Assembly: GCA_963705725.1 (NCBI GenBank)
Contig: CAVPKM010000020.1
Location: 1 to 64,000, forward strand
DNA: 64,000 nucleotides
Source of the DNA: an uncultured Gammaproteobacteria bacterium
Lineage (GTDB): Bacteria > Pseudomonadota > Gammaproteobacteria > UBA6002
Direction: 5' to 3'
Position 1 is the stretch's first letter, and every line of letters begins with the position of its first letter. This document shows, piece after piece, positions 17,751 to 27,954 of this stretch. The position numbers were made by a program, and so were the translations under genes. The notes under the pieces are model-generated. The model was given only the letters and a program-made list of their open reading frames with translations, searched no databases and was not told where the DNA came from.

Positions 17751-20153
17751 TCATCTCCTAAAGTTATTCCCATCAATATTTTTTTCTGGATTCAAAATTG
17801 CGTGATTAGAAGGTGTGGCACCTAAAAACTTCATAAAGTGTCTATATTTATGCGAAGTTTGAGAGAGCAAAGGAGGTTCCGTTTTTTTAACTGCTTGATA
17901 ATATTTTTCTCTCTCATCTTTATTTATAGAAAAAATACGAATAATTCCATGGGGATTTTTATCGCTTCCCATTTGTTGATGTTTGATGCCGCTTTCCACG
18001 GTAAAAAGTGTTGCCTTTTGGGGTGATAATTTCCTACGGTTTATTGGAATCGCAATTAAACTTAGAAAGTCATGAACCTGTTGGGTGGTTGCGCTAGTTG
18101 TATCTAGGATAATATGCGCATCAACTTTTAATAAATCTTTAATCGATGGAGATTTAGGTGAATGATACCCTTTGGTATCACAAGCGTTAATATCGCATAG
18201 AATAATATCGGCCTTTTTTATCTCCTGAGTGATCTTGATAAAATTCAACCCTTCCAATTGCTGTATAATTTCTATACCCAATGATATTTCATAGTAGGCT
18301 GCTTGCAAATAAATTTGGATATTATCTTTTTTTATGCGTTTAGCACAAACAGTAATTGCTGCCCAAATAGCTCGCATGCCAGAATGTGTGACGATTTTTT
18401 TTCCATATACTGGAATTTCATTGATTACGCCTTCCTCTTCTGAGTCACTACCATAACCCTCTCCGTATTGGTCATTCGTAGGTTGTAAAGCAGCGTTGAT
18501 AAAAATGATTTCTTGGGAGAGGGTCAAATAGTAAAATAAATCTTGTAAATCTCTGCTTTTTCGACAAAGTGTTATTTGGGCAATACAAGCGTGCAAAGTT
18601 AAGTCTTGAAATTGACCAATTTTTTTAGTCATCAAATTAATTAAATTCCAAAATTTTTTATCCTGAGATTCGTAAGGTTGTTTTTCAAATCTAGCAGGGT
18701 AGTATATTTTTCCTTGCTTTTTAAAGCTCAACTTATCATCTATTATTTGGAGGTGATTAATTGCCCATAGAATAGAATCCATGAAAGCTTCCTCGATGGC
18801 TTTTTCCCTGCATGCTCTGAACATAGCGGCGGCAATGCCGTCCCTAGCATAAGTCGTTCTCATCATGCTATTAACTGTTACTTTGCCAGTTTTCTCAACC
18901 TGTTCCCATAAAAGATGCATGATGTTATCTACATTTTTAAAATAATATTCGCAATTCTTTTGTTTTAAGTAGCATAGATGGGCGTTCGACCCATAAAAAG
19001 AATTCTGAGGAATTTCTGGCAATTCAATTAAATCTGCTGATAAATTAGCGAGAAAATTATTTAATTCGATTAAAATTTCAGCTATTAGATCCGCATATTC
19101 CTCAGGAATTATCCCCACATTTAAACGAAAGCTATCACCAGTTACGGCACCGGTTGGAGTTAAAGGACCGAAACCTGCGCGTCGTTCGATTTCAATAGGG
19201 ATTCCATTCTTATAAGCAGCATAATTGAGCAGGCCCATATAACAACTCAGCAATAAATTCACCCAAGATTCAAAAGCACTGTCAGAGGGATTTTTTGTTT
19301 CATCAAATTTAATAATGGTTACTCTAGGAATATATACCAGCACGCAAGGGTATGCGTTAGTATGGATGACTTCAATGAGAAAATTGGTATTTGATTGATT
19401 AAAATTTTTTACTATGTAGTCGCAAACGTTATTGCGATAATATAGCAAGGCATTATATAAAATAGCATCACTTGAATGTTGAGTGGGCGTCGACTGTGAT
19501 CCCTTAAACCTATCGCCATACAGCTGCATTAAATTACCATAACTACCAACATGTGCCTTCATTCCGTCCTTTAATTTTATTTTTTTATTTGTTAAATAAA
19601 AAATTTTAGTGTTGCTATTCAATCTGTGGACCATTGGATGTTTATCGCTACGAAAGTAGCATTCGCTTTCTGTCAGTGGACTTGAACCAATAGATAAATT
19701 CTGCAAATAATTTCTATGAGTCGTCATATGAATGCCAACAAATTCACTTATTGGTTGATCGGCTAATGCTAGCTGCTTAAACTGTATCCCGGTATCAATA
19801 TCTTTAATAAGATTAAGTGCTAAATAATGTTTGTTATCGTATACCTTAATTAGATCAGGAAATTTCTTTAATAAAAATTTGCAGGCGTTTTTTGATTCGC
19901 GAACAACGCTCCAATGTAGCGCTGTCATTCCAGAATTATCTTGTTTAGAAAAAAAATGATGTCGGTCATAGCGTCTAAGAAATTTATAAATTGCTTTGAG
20001 GCTTTGAACCTGATCATAATAAGCTGCCAATTGAATTATAGTTACGCCTTCATTGTTTGTTTCCTCCAAATTGTTAACATCAGCCTCTTGAAGAAGCGAT
20101 TGAAAAGTATTAAATGCCTTATTGCTTAGTGATTTTTCAAACTTTTTATACAT
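17751..20153 (-). CDS. Ankyrin-repeat protein with C-terminal PLP-transferase-like region; candidate effector
   Basis: N-terminal ANK motifs (GVTIIQLAAYYDQ, DNSGMTALHWSV); C-terminal SGMRAI, IILDTT and ESGIKH...SD motifs. Confidence 0.7.
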   Translation of the reverse strand: MYKKFEKSLSNKAFNTFQSLLQEADVNNLEETNNEGVTIIQLAAYYDQVQSLKAIYKFLRRYDRHHFFSKQDNSGMTALHWSVVRESKNACKFLLKKFPDLIKVYDNKHYLALNLIKDIDTGIQFKQLALADQPISEFVGIHMTTHRNYLQNLSIGSSPLTESECYFRSDKHPMVHRLNSNTKIFYLTNKKIKLKDGMKAHVGSYGNLMQLYGDRFKGSQSTPTQHSSDAILYNALLYYRNNVCDYIVKNFNQSNTNFLIEVIHTNAYPCVLVYIPRVTIIKFDETKNPSDSAFESWVNLLLSCYMGLLNYAAYKNGIPIEIERRAGFGPLTPTGAVTGDSFRLNVGIIPEEYADLIAEILIELNNFLANLSADLIELPEIPQNSFYGSNAHLCYLKQKNCEYYFKNVDNIMHLLWEQVEKTGKVTVNSMMRTTYARDGIAAAMFRACREKAIEEAFMDSILWAINHLQIIDDKLSFKKQGKIYYPARFEKQPYESQDKKFWNLINLMTKKIGQFQDLTLHACIAQITLCRKSRDLQDLFYYLTLSQEIIFINAALQPTNDQYGEGYGSDSEEEGVINEIPVYGKKIVTHSGMRAIWAAITVCAKRIKKDNIQIYLQAAYYEISLGIEIIQQLEGLNFIKITQEIKKADIILCDINACDTKGYHSPKSPSIKDLLKVDAHIILDTTSATTQQVHDFLSLIAIPINRRKLSPQKATLFTVESGIKHQQMGSDKNPHGIIRIFSINKDEREKYYQAVKKTEPPLLSQTSHKYRHFMKFLGATPSNHAILNPEKNIDGNNFRR

Positions 20154-20266
20154 GGAAATCCCCTTAAAATAATGTCACTGTTCAGCACAGACGTGAGTGC
20201 CGCTCCTTGTCGTTCCGCAGCTTGTCCACGGACGACAAGGGCCAATAATATTTTCAAAAAAAATAA

Positions 20267-21071
20267 TTAGGTGGTGAGTGAGTTTTTCAAATCAAAATCC
20301 TCCACATAAAGAATTATTTTTTTAAAAAGAGATTTTTTGATAACTGATGCATCGTAAAAAAAGGCTTTATTTAATTCAAAATATCGCTCATTAGTGTTCC
20401 CTGAAGTTGGTAAATAGTCAGCTAAACATTTTTCAAGCTGTATTTTTCTTTTAAGTAAATAAGCATCATGAATAGCATAAGCATGACATGTTGATGTTCC
20501 TCCTCCATATTCTTGTCTATTTATTTTTGGAGCATACAACACAAAATTATCTCTAAAATATTTTTTTATGTTGAGATCAGCGTGACAATAACCGTAATAG
20601 GAAGAGTCAAAGGAGTATAAAATATCCTGAGTTTTTTGCTTATAATAGACAACTGAAAAAACGTGTTTAGAGATAGCATTTTGGGATTTAAAGATAGCGT
20701 CACCCACGATTGCTACTGACCGGCTTCCTACAGGCGTATTAGAAATAAATTGATCAAATTGATCACCATTTCCTATAACAGGAATATCTAAATCCATTAG
20801 CTCAATTATTTTAGCAATGCCCGCCATGGTAAGGCCTAATGCCTTGTGAACGTCTATAGCCCATCCTGAGCCTGATGTGACGATAACATAATCTATATAA
20901 TCACGTATTAGCGGGTAAGATTCTGAAAAGAGGTTAAATTGATTGACTAAATTAGCATCGTAAAAAAGTGAGGTATGATCAATAGCAGAAAAAAGTTCAT
21001 TAATGCCAAAGAGAGCTCCGCGCTTCCTTGTTCGTTTCGGATCGTATCATTTCAAAAAATGTTTTCATCAT
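20267..21071 (-). CDS. Hypothetical protein with CE-clan (Ulp/YopJ-like) His-Asp-Gln-Cys order; probable 5' frameshift
   Basis: The 20267-20827 frame stays open upstream to ~21047; an AGGAG RBS plus ATG sits at ~21071 in another frame. Motifs KHVFSV, FDSS, RQ.....TCHAYAI.DA. Confidence 0.5.
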
Positions 21072-21280
21072 CTGACTCCTTGGTTGAATAAATAAAAATC
21101 CATAGTAACATAATTTTTTTTACTTTGTAAATGCAGTTAGCAACGTAAGTTAATACTGGTTGCGTGCTGTATAACATTTTTTACCTTTGAATCTAAAAAA
21201 TTTTCCGAAAAAGTCCACATAAATATGCGTGCTTCACATTGCTCACGTCGCCCAGCAGGACGACGTTTATAACGGTTCCT

Positions 21281-24200
21281 TTAAAGATCAAAATAATTTT
21301 GCGAAGTTTCCTCTTCTTCTGGGAAATCTGGCTCTTGACCTCTTAGTTGGTTGTATATTTCAGTGAAAGAGATACTCGGATACCGATTCGTGCTGGGAGT
21401 GTTGTCTGCACTGCAATTATAATGAGAATAAACAGAATCTATAGTTTTTTTGCATCTATCATAGCCATAAAAACGTTGCATATCCGTATGGTTCATTAGC
21501 TTGGTATAAAAATCTTTTCTTTTTAGGAATAAATCTTTCTTTGCGTTCCTCATATACCCCATTTCAATACAGAATAACTCTAGAAATACCAGCGGATTTT
21601 TTTTCCATGCAAGATCCAGTAATTGATCGACATCTTCTAACAAAGAAAATAAGTAGTAATCAATAAAAATATAATCATTCCGAATAACATGCCCTTCAGT
21701 CTTCAGATTTTGTGAATCTTGTTCAGCCTGAAGTTCAGGATCATAATGAGCTTTTAGTGCTCGTAATGCAGCTATACTGTTATCTCGTTTATCATCGCTA
21801 TTCTCAAAAAGCATTCGTGCGACTTGATCACGCTGGTCCTGTTGGCTAAAATTAATTGCAACCTGACTGAGTACTTCAATATTATCGATTGCATAAAGGT
21901 CTGAAATATTACACTTGGATGAGAGTGTTGGATGTTTGCAAATGTCTTCAATCAGCTGAGGCAACACGCCCATATTATAAGCTTCTTCTAATATGGCAGC
22001 TCCTCGATGTTTATTTTGTAAAATATCCTTTTTAAGTTTAAGCAGCCATGTTAATTTGATATCGTTCAAATCTGCTTGGGTTTGACAGATTAAATCTAAC
22101 AATTTTTCATAGTGATGAGGATTGTGTAAATTTTCAAAGATTGTGGTTATTTGAGAGAAATCTTCGTAGATGACTCTTAGCACAAAGCTTTCTGCAGTTG
22201 TGATGCCGTCTAGCCAATCGTTGACATATTTATATGCATGGTTAAGATCATAAACAATTTGTTCCGGATCGAGAGGGTCACCAATGTAGTGATACAGACG
22301 CGCTGTCTTTTTATCAAATGATCCAGTCCGAGTGTAATATTCATAAAAAATTTTGAGAAGGGCTTGGTGATTGTTTTGATCATAAGGGACCTGATGTATT
22401 GTGCATCCTTCTGAAAGAAATCCACCTGGAAAAATTATAGACTTGTATCTGGTAATGGCATTTATGTCTGGATGGATTTTTCGATCTTCAAGGGCGCGAA
22501 GAATGAAGTCTTCTGCTTCAACCACACCAAGATAAATAAAATCTTCTAAATATTGCTCAGCCTTATCAGCTGAATATTCCATGCCTCCCAAATCTACTGG
22601 AACTGCGTAACAAACCCCAAGTTTAGTTTGTTCCTCGGTATAATTCTTCCCATCATTTTTCTTGATACAAAGAGTTAGACGGAGTTGTTCTATTGGGTCA
22701 TTAGATTGAAATCTTCGATTGGTAACATTACGAACCCTTTCTTCATCTTCCAAAGCTTGCTTCCAAAGCCCATGATAAATTGTGCCATTTTCTACGTTTT
22801 GTTTAATGTTTGTTACCCTCGCACTCGAAAAAAAACCGAAAACAATATAGTCTTTGCAACGACTATGGTGGGCCATTGCCTTTGACGGAGAATCGGAGAT
22901 GCTTAATTTTTCTCTAATGGCGAGCTCAAGAAATGTTTTTGCAACATCAATATCCAAAAGGATAAAATCTTCTTTATATCTAGCAAAATCAGATGCAGAG
23001 TAAGTGAATCCACCCTCTTCTGGCGAGAGTAAATAATACTGAGATAATTTCTCTTGTAAGTCCTCATAATTTTCCAGATTATTTTTTTTCAAACAAAGAT
23101 CAAATCGGAGTTGTTCTACTGGGTCATTGGTTTTATAGTGATGATCAGTGACATTACGCTTTCTTTGTTCCTCTTCTCCATATTCAGCCCAAAGCTGACG
23201 GAATGATTGTAGATTCTCTCCAGTGCTAACCAATATTTTACAGTCGCTTGATAACGATAAAATGCTGGGCGCTTGAAATTCAATCCATTTATCATGATTT
23301 GTGTAAGGACAATCCCAAGTATAAAAGTTTGTGCAAGTTTTTAACCTATCTTGGATAGCAAGGCGGACAAAATCTTTAGCTTCATGAATATCTCGATAGA
23401 GAAAATCCTCTATGTATTTTTCATTACAATCCGGATGGTAGGTAAAATGGGGTTCTGAATTACCTGAAGGGTCATAACAGTTGGCCAATTGATCTCGCTC
23501 CTTCGCATAATCTTCGAGGTTATTTTTTTTGAAAGAAATAGTAAATCGAAGTTGTTCGATTGGATCGTCAGTTTTATAGTCATGATTCGTTACCTTACGA
23601 TCTCTTTGTTCCTTTTGAGCACATTCATCAAAAATTTGACGATAAATTTCAAGGTTTTCTCTATTAAGTTGTGTAAGTATTTGACAACCACCTGATAAAA
23701 TATTTCGTCCTTGAAATTGAATCCATTTAGCATTTGGAAAATAAGAAGGAGAAAATAGAATAGAATTAGAATTTTTAAATTTCTTTTGGAGTGCAAGGCG
23801 AACAAATGGTTGTGCTACAGAAATATCAAGATAAAGAAAATCTTCTAGGTATCTGTCAATATCCTCTGCTTGATAATAAATAGAATAAATAGTGGATAAC
23901 ACTATCAGTTCGGGTTCACAAGATAAGTTATAATTTTTGTTATAACAAATCTGGTAACGAAGTTTTTCCGGCGGCGAATCATCGGGTGTAAAGTTATGAT
24001 TAGTTACCTTTCGATCTTTGTCTTCTTGCTCAGCGTAGGTGTTCCATGTTTTCTCAAACCAAGTAGAACTTTCTTGGTCAATATTTCTATAAAAACTTAT
24101 CGTGTTTCCTGCAAGTGGAATTGGAAAATCAATGTTTTTTCCGCGGGCCGAAAGAATGTTTAAAACTAACTCCCCAGAATTTTTTACTAGCTCTTTGAGA

Positions 24201-25624
24201 GCGCGTGCGGCGAAATCTTCCGCCGCTAAAATTTTAAGATACATAAAGTCTTCTGCGTATTGCAAGATATTTTTGGATTCATAATTTTCTTCAGATAGGC
24301 GTGAATAATAGGTATTTAATTCCTCTTTCGATTGGACATTGTCTTGCCAGCAAATATGATAACGAAGCTGTTGTACGCGGTTTGGCATCTTGATGAGTAG
24401 ATCCATTTTTTTCAATTCTTCAATAGACAAGGTAATTTCTGAATCTACACTCTTCAGATAATCAAGCATCTCCTTCAATAATTCATCTTCTATGTGCGAG
24501 CTGAGTTTAAATGTTTGAGGATTCCAAAAGCGTTCTCCTAACACCGCTAAGGGGCCTCTTATTAAAATTATTCCTAGGTAATGAATTTGATCTTCAACCG
24601 GAAGCGATTGAATAAAATTAAAAAGCTCTCGTCGAGGAATTTTTTTCAATGCGTCGAGCGTAATTTGTGAAAAACAAAGTGCAGCAATCGCTGAGCCATT
24701 TTCTCCTGTTCCATTTTTTGCAACATACATGGCATCTTCAAGCGCTTCACTTATTTTATTTAAATACGCATAGGATAGACTGCGTTTATACGTCTTTATT
24801 GATAAACCTAAGGTTTCAGCTTGGCAAAAATCTTGGATTGCTGCTTCATGTTGGTTTAGATGATGGTGCACTTCTGCGCGATGATAAAAGGCTAGGGCAC
24901 ATTTGGGATTTTCTTCAATGACTAAGCTAAAAGTAGTAATGGCCATCTCATTGTCACCGGCTTGAAATTGCTCCACTCCAGTCTGAATAGCCAGTTGCAT
25001 TATATTCTCGGCAAGTTTCAGCTTTTTTTCTTGCACATAGTCACCAATGTTTTTTAAAGTGCCTTTCTCGGTAGAAGGCGCGCCATGCATGATACTGTCT
25101 CGTTTCCAAAACCGCGCTGAGAGTGGATTGTGATCATCTTTAACTAGGCAGGGTTCTAAATAGCTAATGGCTATTTCTAATAAGCCCCTCTCTTCTAGGG
25201 TGGTAATAATATCAAAGAGATCTTTTTTTTCTATTTCGTCTAGGTCTCCTAGTTTTATCTGTGGCAAGCATTGCTCGATAATCTCTGCACATTCAGATTT
25301 CATGTCTTTTTTAAATAAAATAATGGCGTCTTTTAAGGCCTTGGTTGTCCGCTTTAAATGTTGGATATACATGAGGCCGCGGGTTAAATAATTAATATCG
25401 TTGCAACCTAATCTTTCAGCATCCTCAAAATCTTTAGCTGCTGCGGCATAGTTTTGGGTTCTCTCATGAGTTTGAGCGCGGTAGAAATAAGCTAAATTTT
25501 GAGCATCGATGTTTATTGCTTGCGTGAATGCTAAGGTTGCCTCTAGATACTTTCCAGCATTAAAATATGCGGCTCCCTCTTTGATATGAAACTGATAAAG
25601 CTCGTCGTTTTTTCTATTAAACAT
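21281..25624 (-). CDS. Large TPR-containing protein with tandem ~140-aa repeats; candidate effector (copy 1)
   Basis: 1447 aa; two ~200-aa TPR modules each ending in L..RFW, five or six repeats with QLR..IC and Y.EDF.YL motifs, C-terminal PEEEETSQNYFDL. Confidence 0.8.
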   Translation of the reverse strand: MFNRKNDELYQFHIKEGAAYFNAGKYLEATLAFTQAINIDAQNLAYFYRAQTHERTQNYAAAAKDFEDAERLGCNDINYLTRGLMYIQHLKRTTKALKDAIILFKKDMKSECAEIIEQCLPQIKLGDLDEIEKKDLFDIITTLEERGLLEIAISYLEPCLVKDDHNPLSARFWKRDSIMHGAPSTEKGTLKNIGDYVQEKKLKLAENIMQLAIQTGVEQFQAGDNEMAITTFSLVIEENPKCALAFYHRAEVHHHLNQHEAAIQDFCQAETLGLSIKTYKRSLSYAYLNKISEALEDAMYVAKNGTGENGSAIAALCFSQITLDALKKIPRRELFNFIQSLPVEDQIHYLGIILIRGPLAVLGERFWNPQTFKLSSHIEDELLKEMLDYLKSVDSEITLSIEELKKMDLLIKMPNRVQQLRYHICWQDNVQSKEELNTYYSRLSEENYESKNILQYAEDFMYLKILAAEDFAARALKELVKNSGELVLNILSARGKNIDFPIPLAGNTISFYRNIDQESSTWFEKTWNTYAEQEDKDRKVTNHNFTPDDSPPEKLRYQICYNKNYNLSCEPELIVLSTIYSIYYQAEDIDRYLEDFLYLDISVAQPFVRLALQKKFKNSNSILFSPSYFPNAKWIQFQGRNILSGGCQILTQLNRENLEIYRQIFDECAQKEQRDRKVTNHDYKTDDPIEQLRFTISFKKNNLEDYAKERDQLANCYDPSGNSEPHFTYHPDCNEKYIEDFLYRDIHEAKDFVRLAIQDRLKTCTNFYTWDCPYTNHDKWIEFQAPSILSLSSDCKILVSTGENLQSFRQLWAEYGEEEQRKRNVTDHHYKTNDPVEQLRFDLCLKKNNLENYEDLQEKLSQYYLLSPEEGGFTYSASDFARYKEDFILLDIDVAKTFLELAIREKLSISDSPSKAMAHHSRCKDYIVFGFFSSARVTNIKQNVENGTIYHGLWKQALEDEERVRNVTNRRFQSNDPIEQLRLTLCIKKNDGKNYTEEQTKLGVCYAVPVDLGGMEYSADKAEQYLEDFIYLGVVEAEDFILRALEDRKIHPDINAITRYKSIIFPGGFLSEGCTIHQVPYDQNNHQALLKIFYEYYTRTGSFDKKTARLYHYIGDPLDPEQIVYDLNHAYKYVNDWLDGITTAESFVLRVIYEDFSQITTIFENLHNPHHYEKLLDLICQTQADLNDIKLTWLLKLKKDILQNKHRGAAILEEAYNMGVLPQLIEDICKHPTLSSKCNISDLYAIDNIEVLSQVAINFSQQDQRDQVARMLFENSDDKRDNSIAALRALKAHYDPELQAEQDSQNLKTEGHVIRNDYIFIDYYLFSLLEDVDQLLDLAWKKNPLVFLELFCIEMGYMRNAKKDLFLKRKDFYTKLMNHTDMQRFYGYDRCKKTIDSVYSHYNCSADNTPSTNRYPSISFTEIYNQLRGQEPDFPEEEETSQNYFDL

Positions 25625-25742
25625 AGTTGTTTTCTCATGAAAGTTTGATGAATGACAATAGTAACTATTATATAGTTGGATTATTAAAATTTATTAAGTT
25701 AGCGCCGGAAGTTTTTTTTCAATATTGAGTTGGATAGTTACG
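24467..25742 (-). repeat. Long inverted repeat, left arm (~1.27 kb, partner 62349-63628)
   Basis: Reverse complement matches 62349 onward nearly base for base, including ~120 bp upstream of the ATG. Confidence 0.95.
25667..25698 (-). promoter_or_regulatory. PmrA-box-like TTAAT direct repeat plus -10 (TATAAT) upstream of TPR copy 1
   Basis: Minus strand CTTAATAAATTTTAATAATccaactaTATAAT; repeat spacing is 10 here versus 11 in copy 2. Confidence 0.4.
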
Positions 25743-26606
25743 CTTTTTTTATACCATCAATTCGCGCCCATTCTTCTAAATGAGTCACAGCGATGATGTC
25801 TATTTTATTAGTGTAAGCAGCAATCACCTTTTCAACTTGAGAGACTAAAACACCAGATAAAATAATTTTCCCACCCAGCGTGAGTAAACTGCCTAAATAA
25901 TCGCTAAGCTCGATTAATGGGTTAGCCAGAATATTAGCAATGACAATATCTGCTTTAATAGAAGATAAATTTTCTGGTTGCATAGTGATGATTTGAGTGA
26001 GGTGGTTTTTCTCTGCATTTAACCTTGTGGCTTGTAATGCTTGAGGGTCATGATCAATCGCGTAGACCTTTTTGGCGCCGAGTTTAAGCGCGGCTATTCC
26101 AAGAATGCCAGAACCACAGCCAAAATCAATCAGCAGTTCGCCGCCATTAATGTGCTCGTCAAGCCATTGCAGACATAATGCGGTAGTGGGGTGCTTGCCG
26201 GTACCAAAAGCGAGGCCTGGATCGAGTCGGACTTGAAAGGGTTCTAGGCGATTGGCATGGTGGCTTGGAATTACCCACAGTCGCTTGCCAAATTGCATTG
26301 GATGAAAATCTGCCATCCAGGTGCTTTCCCAGTTTTGTTCGGCTAATGATTGGGCCTTTATTTTGAGCATCGGATAATTTGCTTTAATCTTGCTTGCTGC
26401 TGCTAGCTGGTGGCTTTCTGCTGCAAACAAACCCGTTAGCATAATCTGGTCCCAAATCGGGGATGTGCCCGGTTCTGGTTCATAAATCGGTTGGTTATCT
26501 GCATCTTCGGTAGTGATGGCAAGGGCGCCTTCGCTATTTAATAAATCCGATAGTCATCGGCAAGTGTTGATGTGGTTTCAACTGTAAGCTCAAACCAGAT
26601 TTTCAT
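25738..26606 (-). CDS. prmA: Ribosomal protein L11 methyltransferase (apparent frameshift near 26553)
   Basis: [31 protein letters not shown]. The N-terminal [10 protein letters not shown] start overlaps the accC stop and is out of frame with ..[13 protein letters not shown]... Confidence 0.93.
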
Positions 26607-27949
26607 TTTAACAGGTTAAGTTTTTGTTCGAGATAGTGTATGGTATTGCCGCCTTTTTGAAATTCTGCATCGATTAATAGATCTTGATGTAGCGGAATAT
26701 TGGTTTTGATGCCCTCTATAATCATTTCATCGAGTGCATTTTTCATCCTAGCTAAGGCTATCTCACGTGTTTCCCCAAAACTAATTACTTTTCCAATCAT
26801 GGAGTCATAATAAGGAGGGACACGGTAACCACTATAAATATGGGAATCTACGCGAATACCGGGACCGCCAGGTGCATGATAAAGCGTAATGGTGCCGGGT
26901 GAGGGAAGAAAATTTTTAGGATCTTCAGCATTAATGCGGCACTCGATGGCATGACCAGTCCATTTAATTGCATTTTGTTTATAAGAAAGCGGGTTGCCTG
27001 ATGCAATGTAGATTTGTTCTTTTACAATGTCTATTCCTGTAATCATTTCAGTGACAGGGTGCTCGACCTGAATTCGAGTATTCATTTCAATGAAATAAAA
27101 TTCGCCATCTTGATAAAGAAATTCAAAAGTTCCGGCCCCGCGATATTGTAATTCTTCACAGGCGGCAACGCAGCGGTTACCGATCATCATTCTTTGTTCA
27201 GCAGTAATGCCAGGGGCGGGCGCTTCTTCAATAACTTTTTGGTGTCGTCTTTGGATAGAGCAATCTCTTTCTCCTAAATGAATGGCATGACCTTTCCCGT
27301 CACCTAGGACTTGTATTTCAATATGGCGTGGGTGATCTAAAAATTTTTCCATATAAACTTGATTATTACGAAAGGCTGCTTCCGCTTCGGTTTGAGTCAT
27401 GGCAATGGCATTGATTAAATCTTGTTCTTGACGTACCACGCGCATGCCACGCCCGCCGCCGCCGCCCGCGGCTTTAATGATAACCGGATAACCAATTTCT
27501 CTCGCTATTTCGAGGTTGGTTTTCTCCTCATTTGATAACGTACCATTGGAGCCTGGTACGCAGGGGATGTGAGTTTCGCGCATCGTCTTGATTGCTGAAA
27601 CTTTATCGCCCATTAAGCGAATAGTATCTGCAGTGGGGCCGATAAAAATAAATCCGCTTTGTTCCACGGCTTCTGCAAAATCTGCATTTTCTGCCAAAAA
27701 GCCGTAGCCAGGATGGATAGCTTGCGCGCCGGTAATTTCCGCGGCGCTGATGACGGCGGGAGTATTTAAATAACTATCAAGAGAATTCGAGGGGCCGATG
27801 CAAACCGCTTCATCTGCTAATCTAACATGTTTTAAATTTTCATCAGCTTTGGAATAAATTGCGACAGTTTGAATGTCTAATTCTTTGCAGGCGCGCAAAA
27901 TGCGCAAGGCGATTTCGCCGCGATTAGCGATAAGAATTTTTTTTATCAC
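26603..27949 (-). CDS. accC: Acetyl-CoA carboxylase biotin carboxylase subunit
   Basis: [42 protein letters not shown]. Confidence 0.98.
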   Translation of the reverse strand: MIKKILIANRGEIALRILRACKELDIQTVAIYSKADENLKHVRLADEAVCIGPSNSLDSYLNTPAVISAAEITGAQAIHPGYGFLAENADFAEAVEQSGFIFIGPTADTIRLMGDKVSAIKTMRETHIPCVPGSNGTLSNEEKTNLEIAREIGYPVIIKAAGGGGGRGMRVVRQEQDLINAIAMTQTEAEAAFRNNQVYMEKFLDHPRHIEIQVLGDGKGHAIHLGERDCSIQRRHQKVIEEAPAPGITAEQRMMIGNRCVAACEELQYRGAGTFEFLYQDGEFYFIEMNTRIQVEHPVTEMITGIDIVKEQIYIASGNPLSYKQNAIKWTGHAIECRINAEDPKNFLPSPGTITLYHAPGGPGIRVDSHIYSGYRVPPYYDSMIGKVISFGETREIALARMKNALDEMIIEGIKTNIPLHQDLLIDAEFQKGGNTIHYLEQKLNLLK

Positions 27950-27954
27950 TAGGC

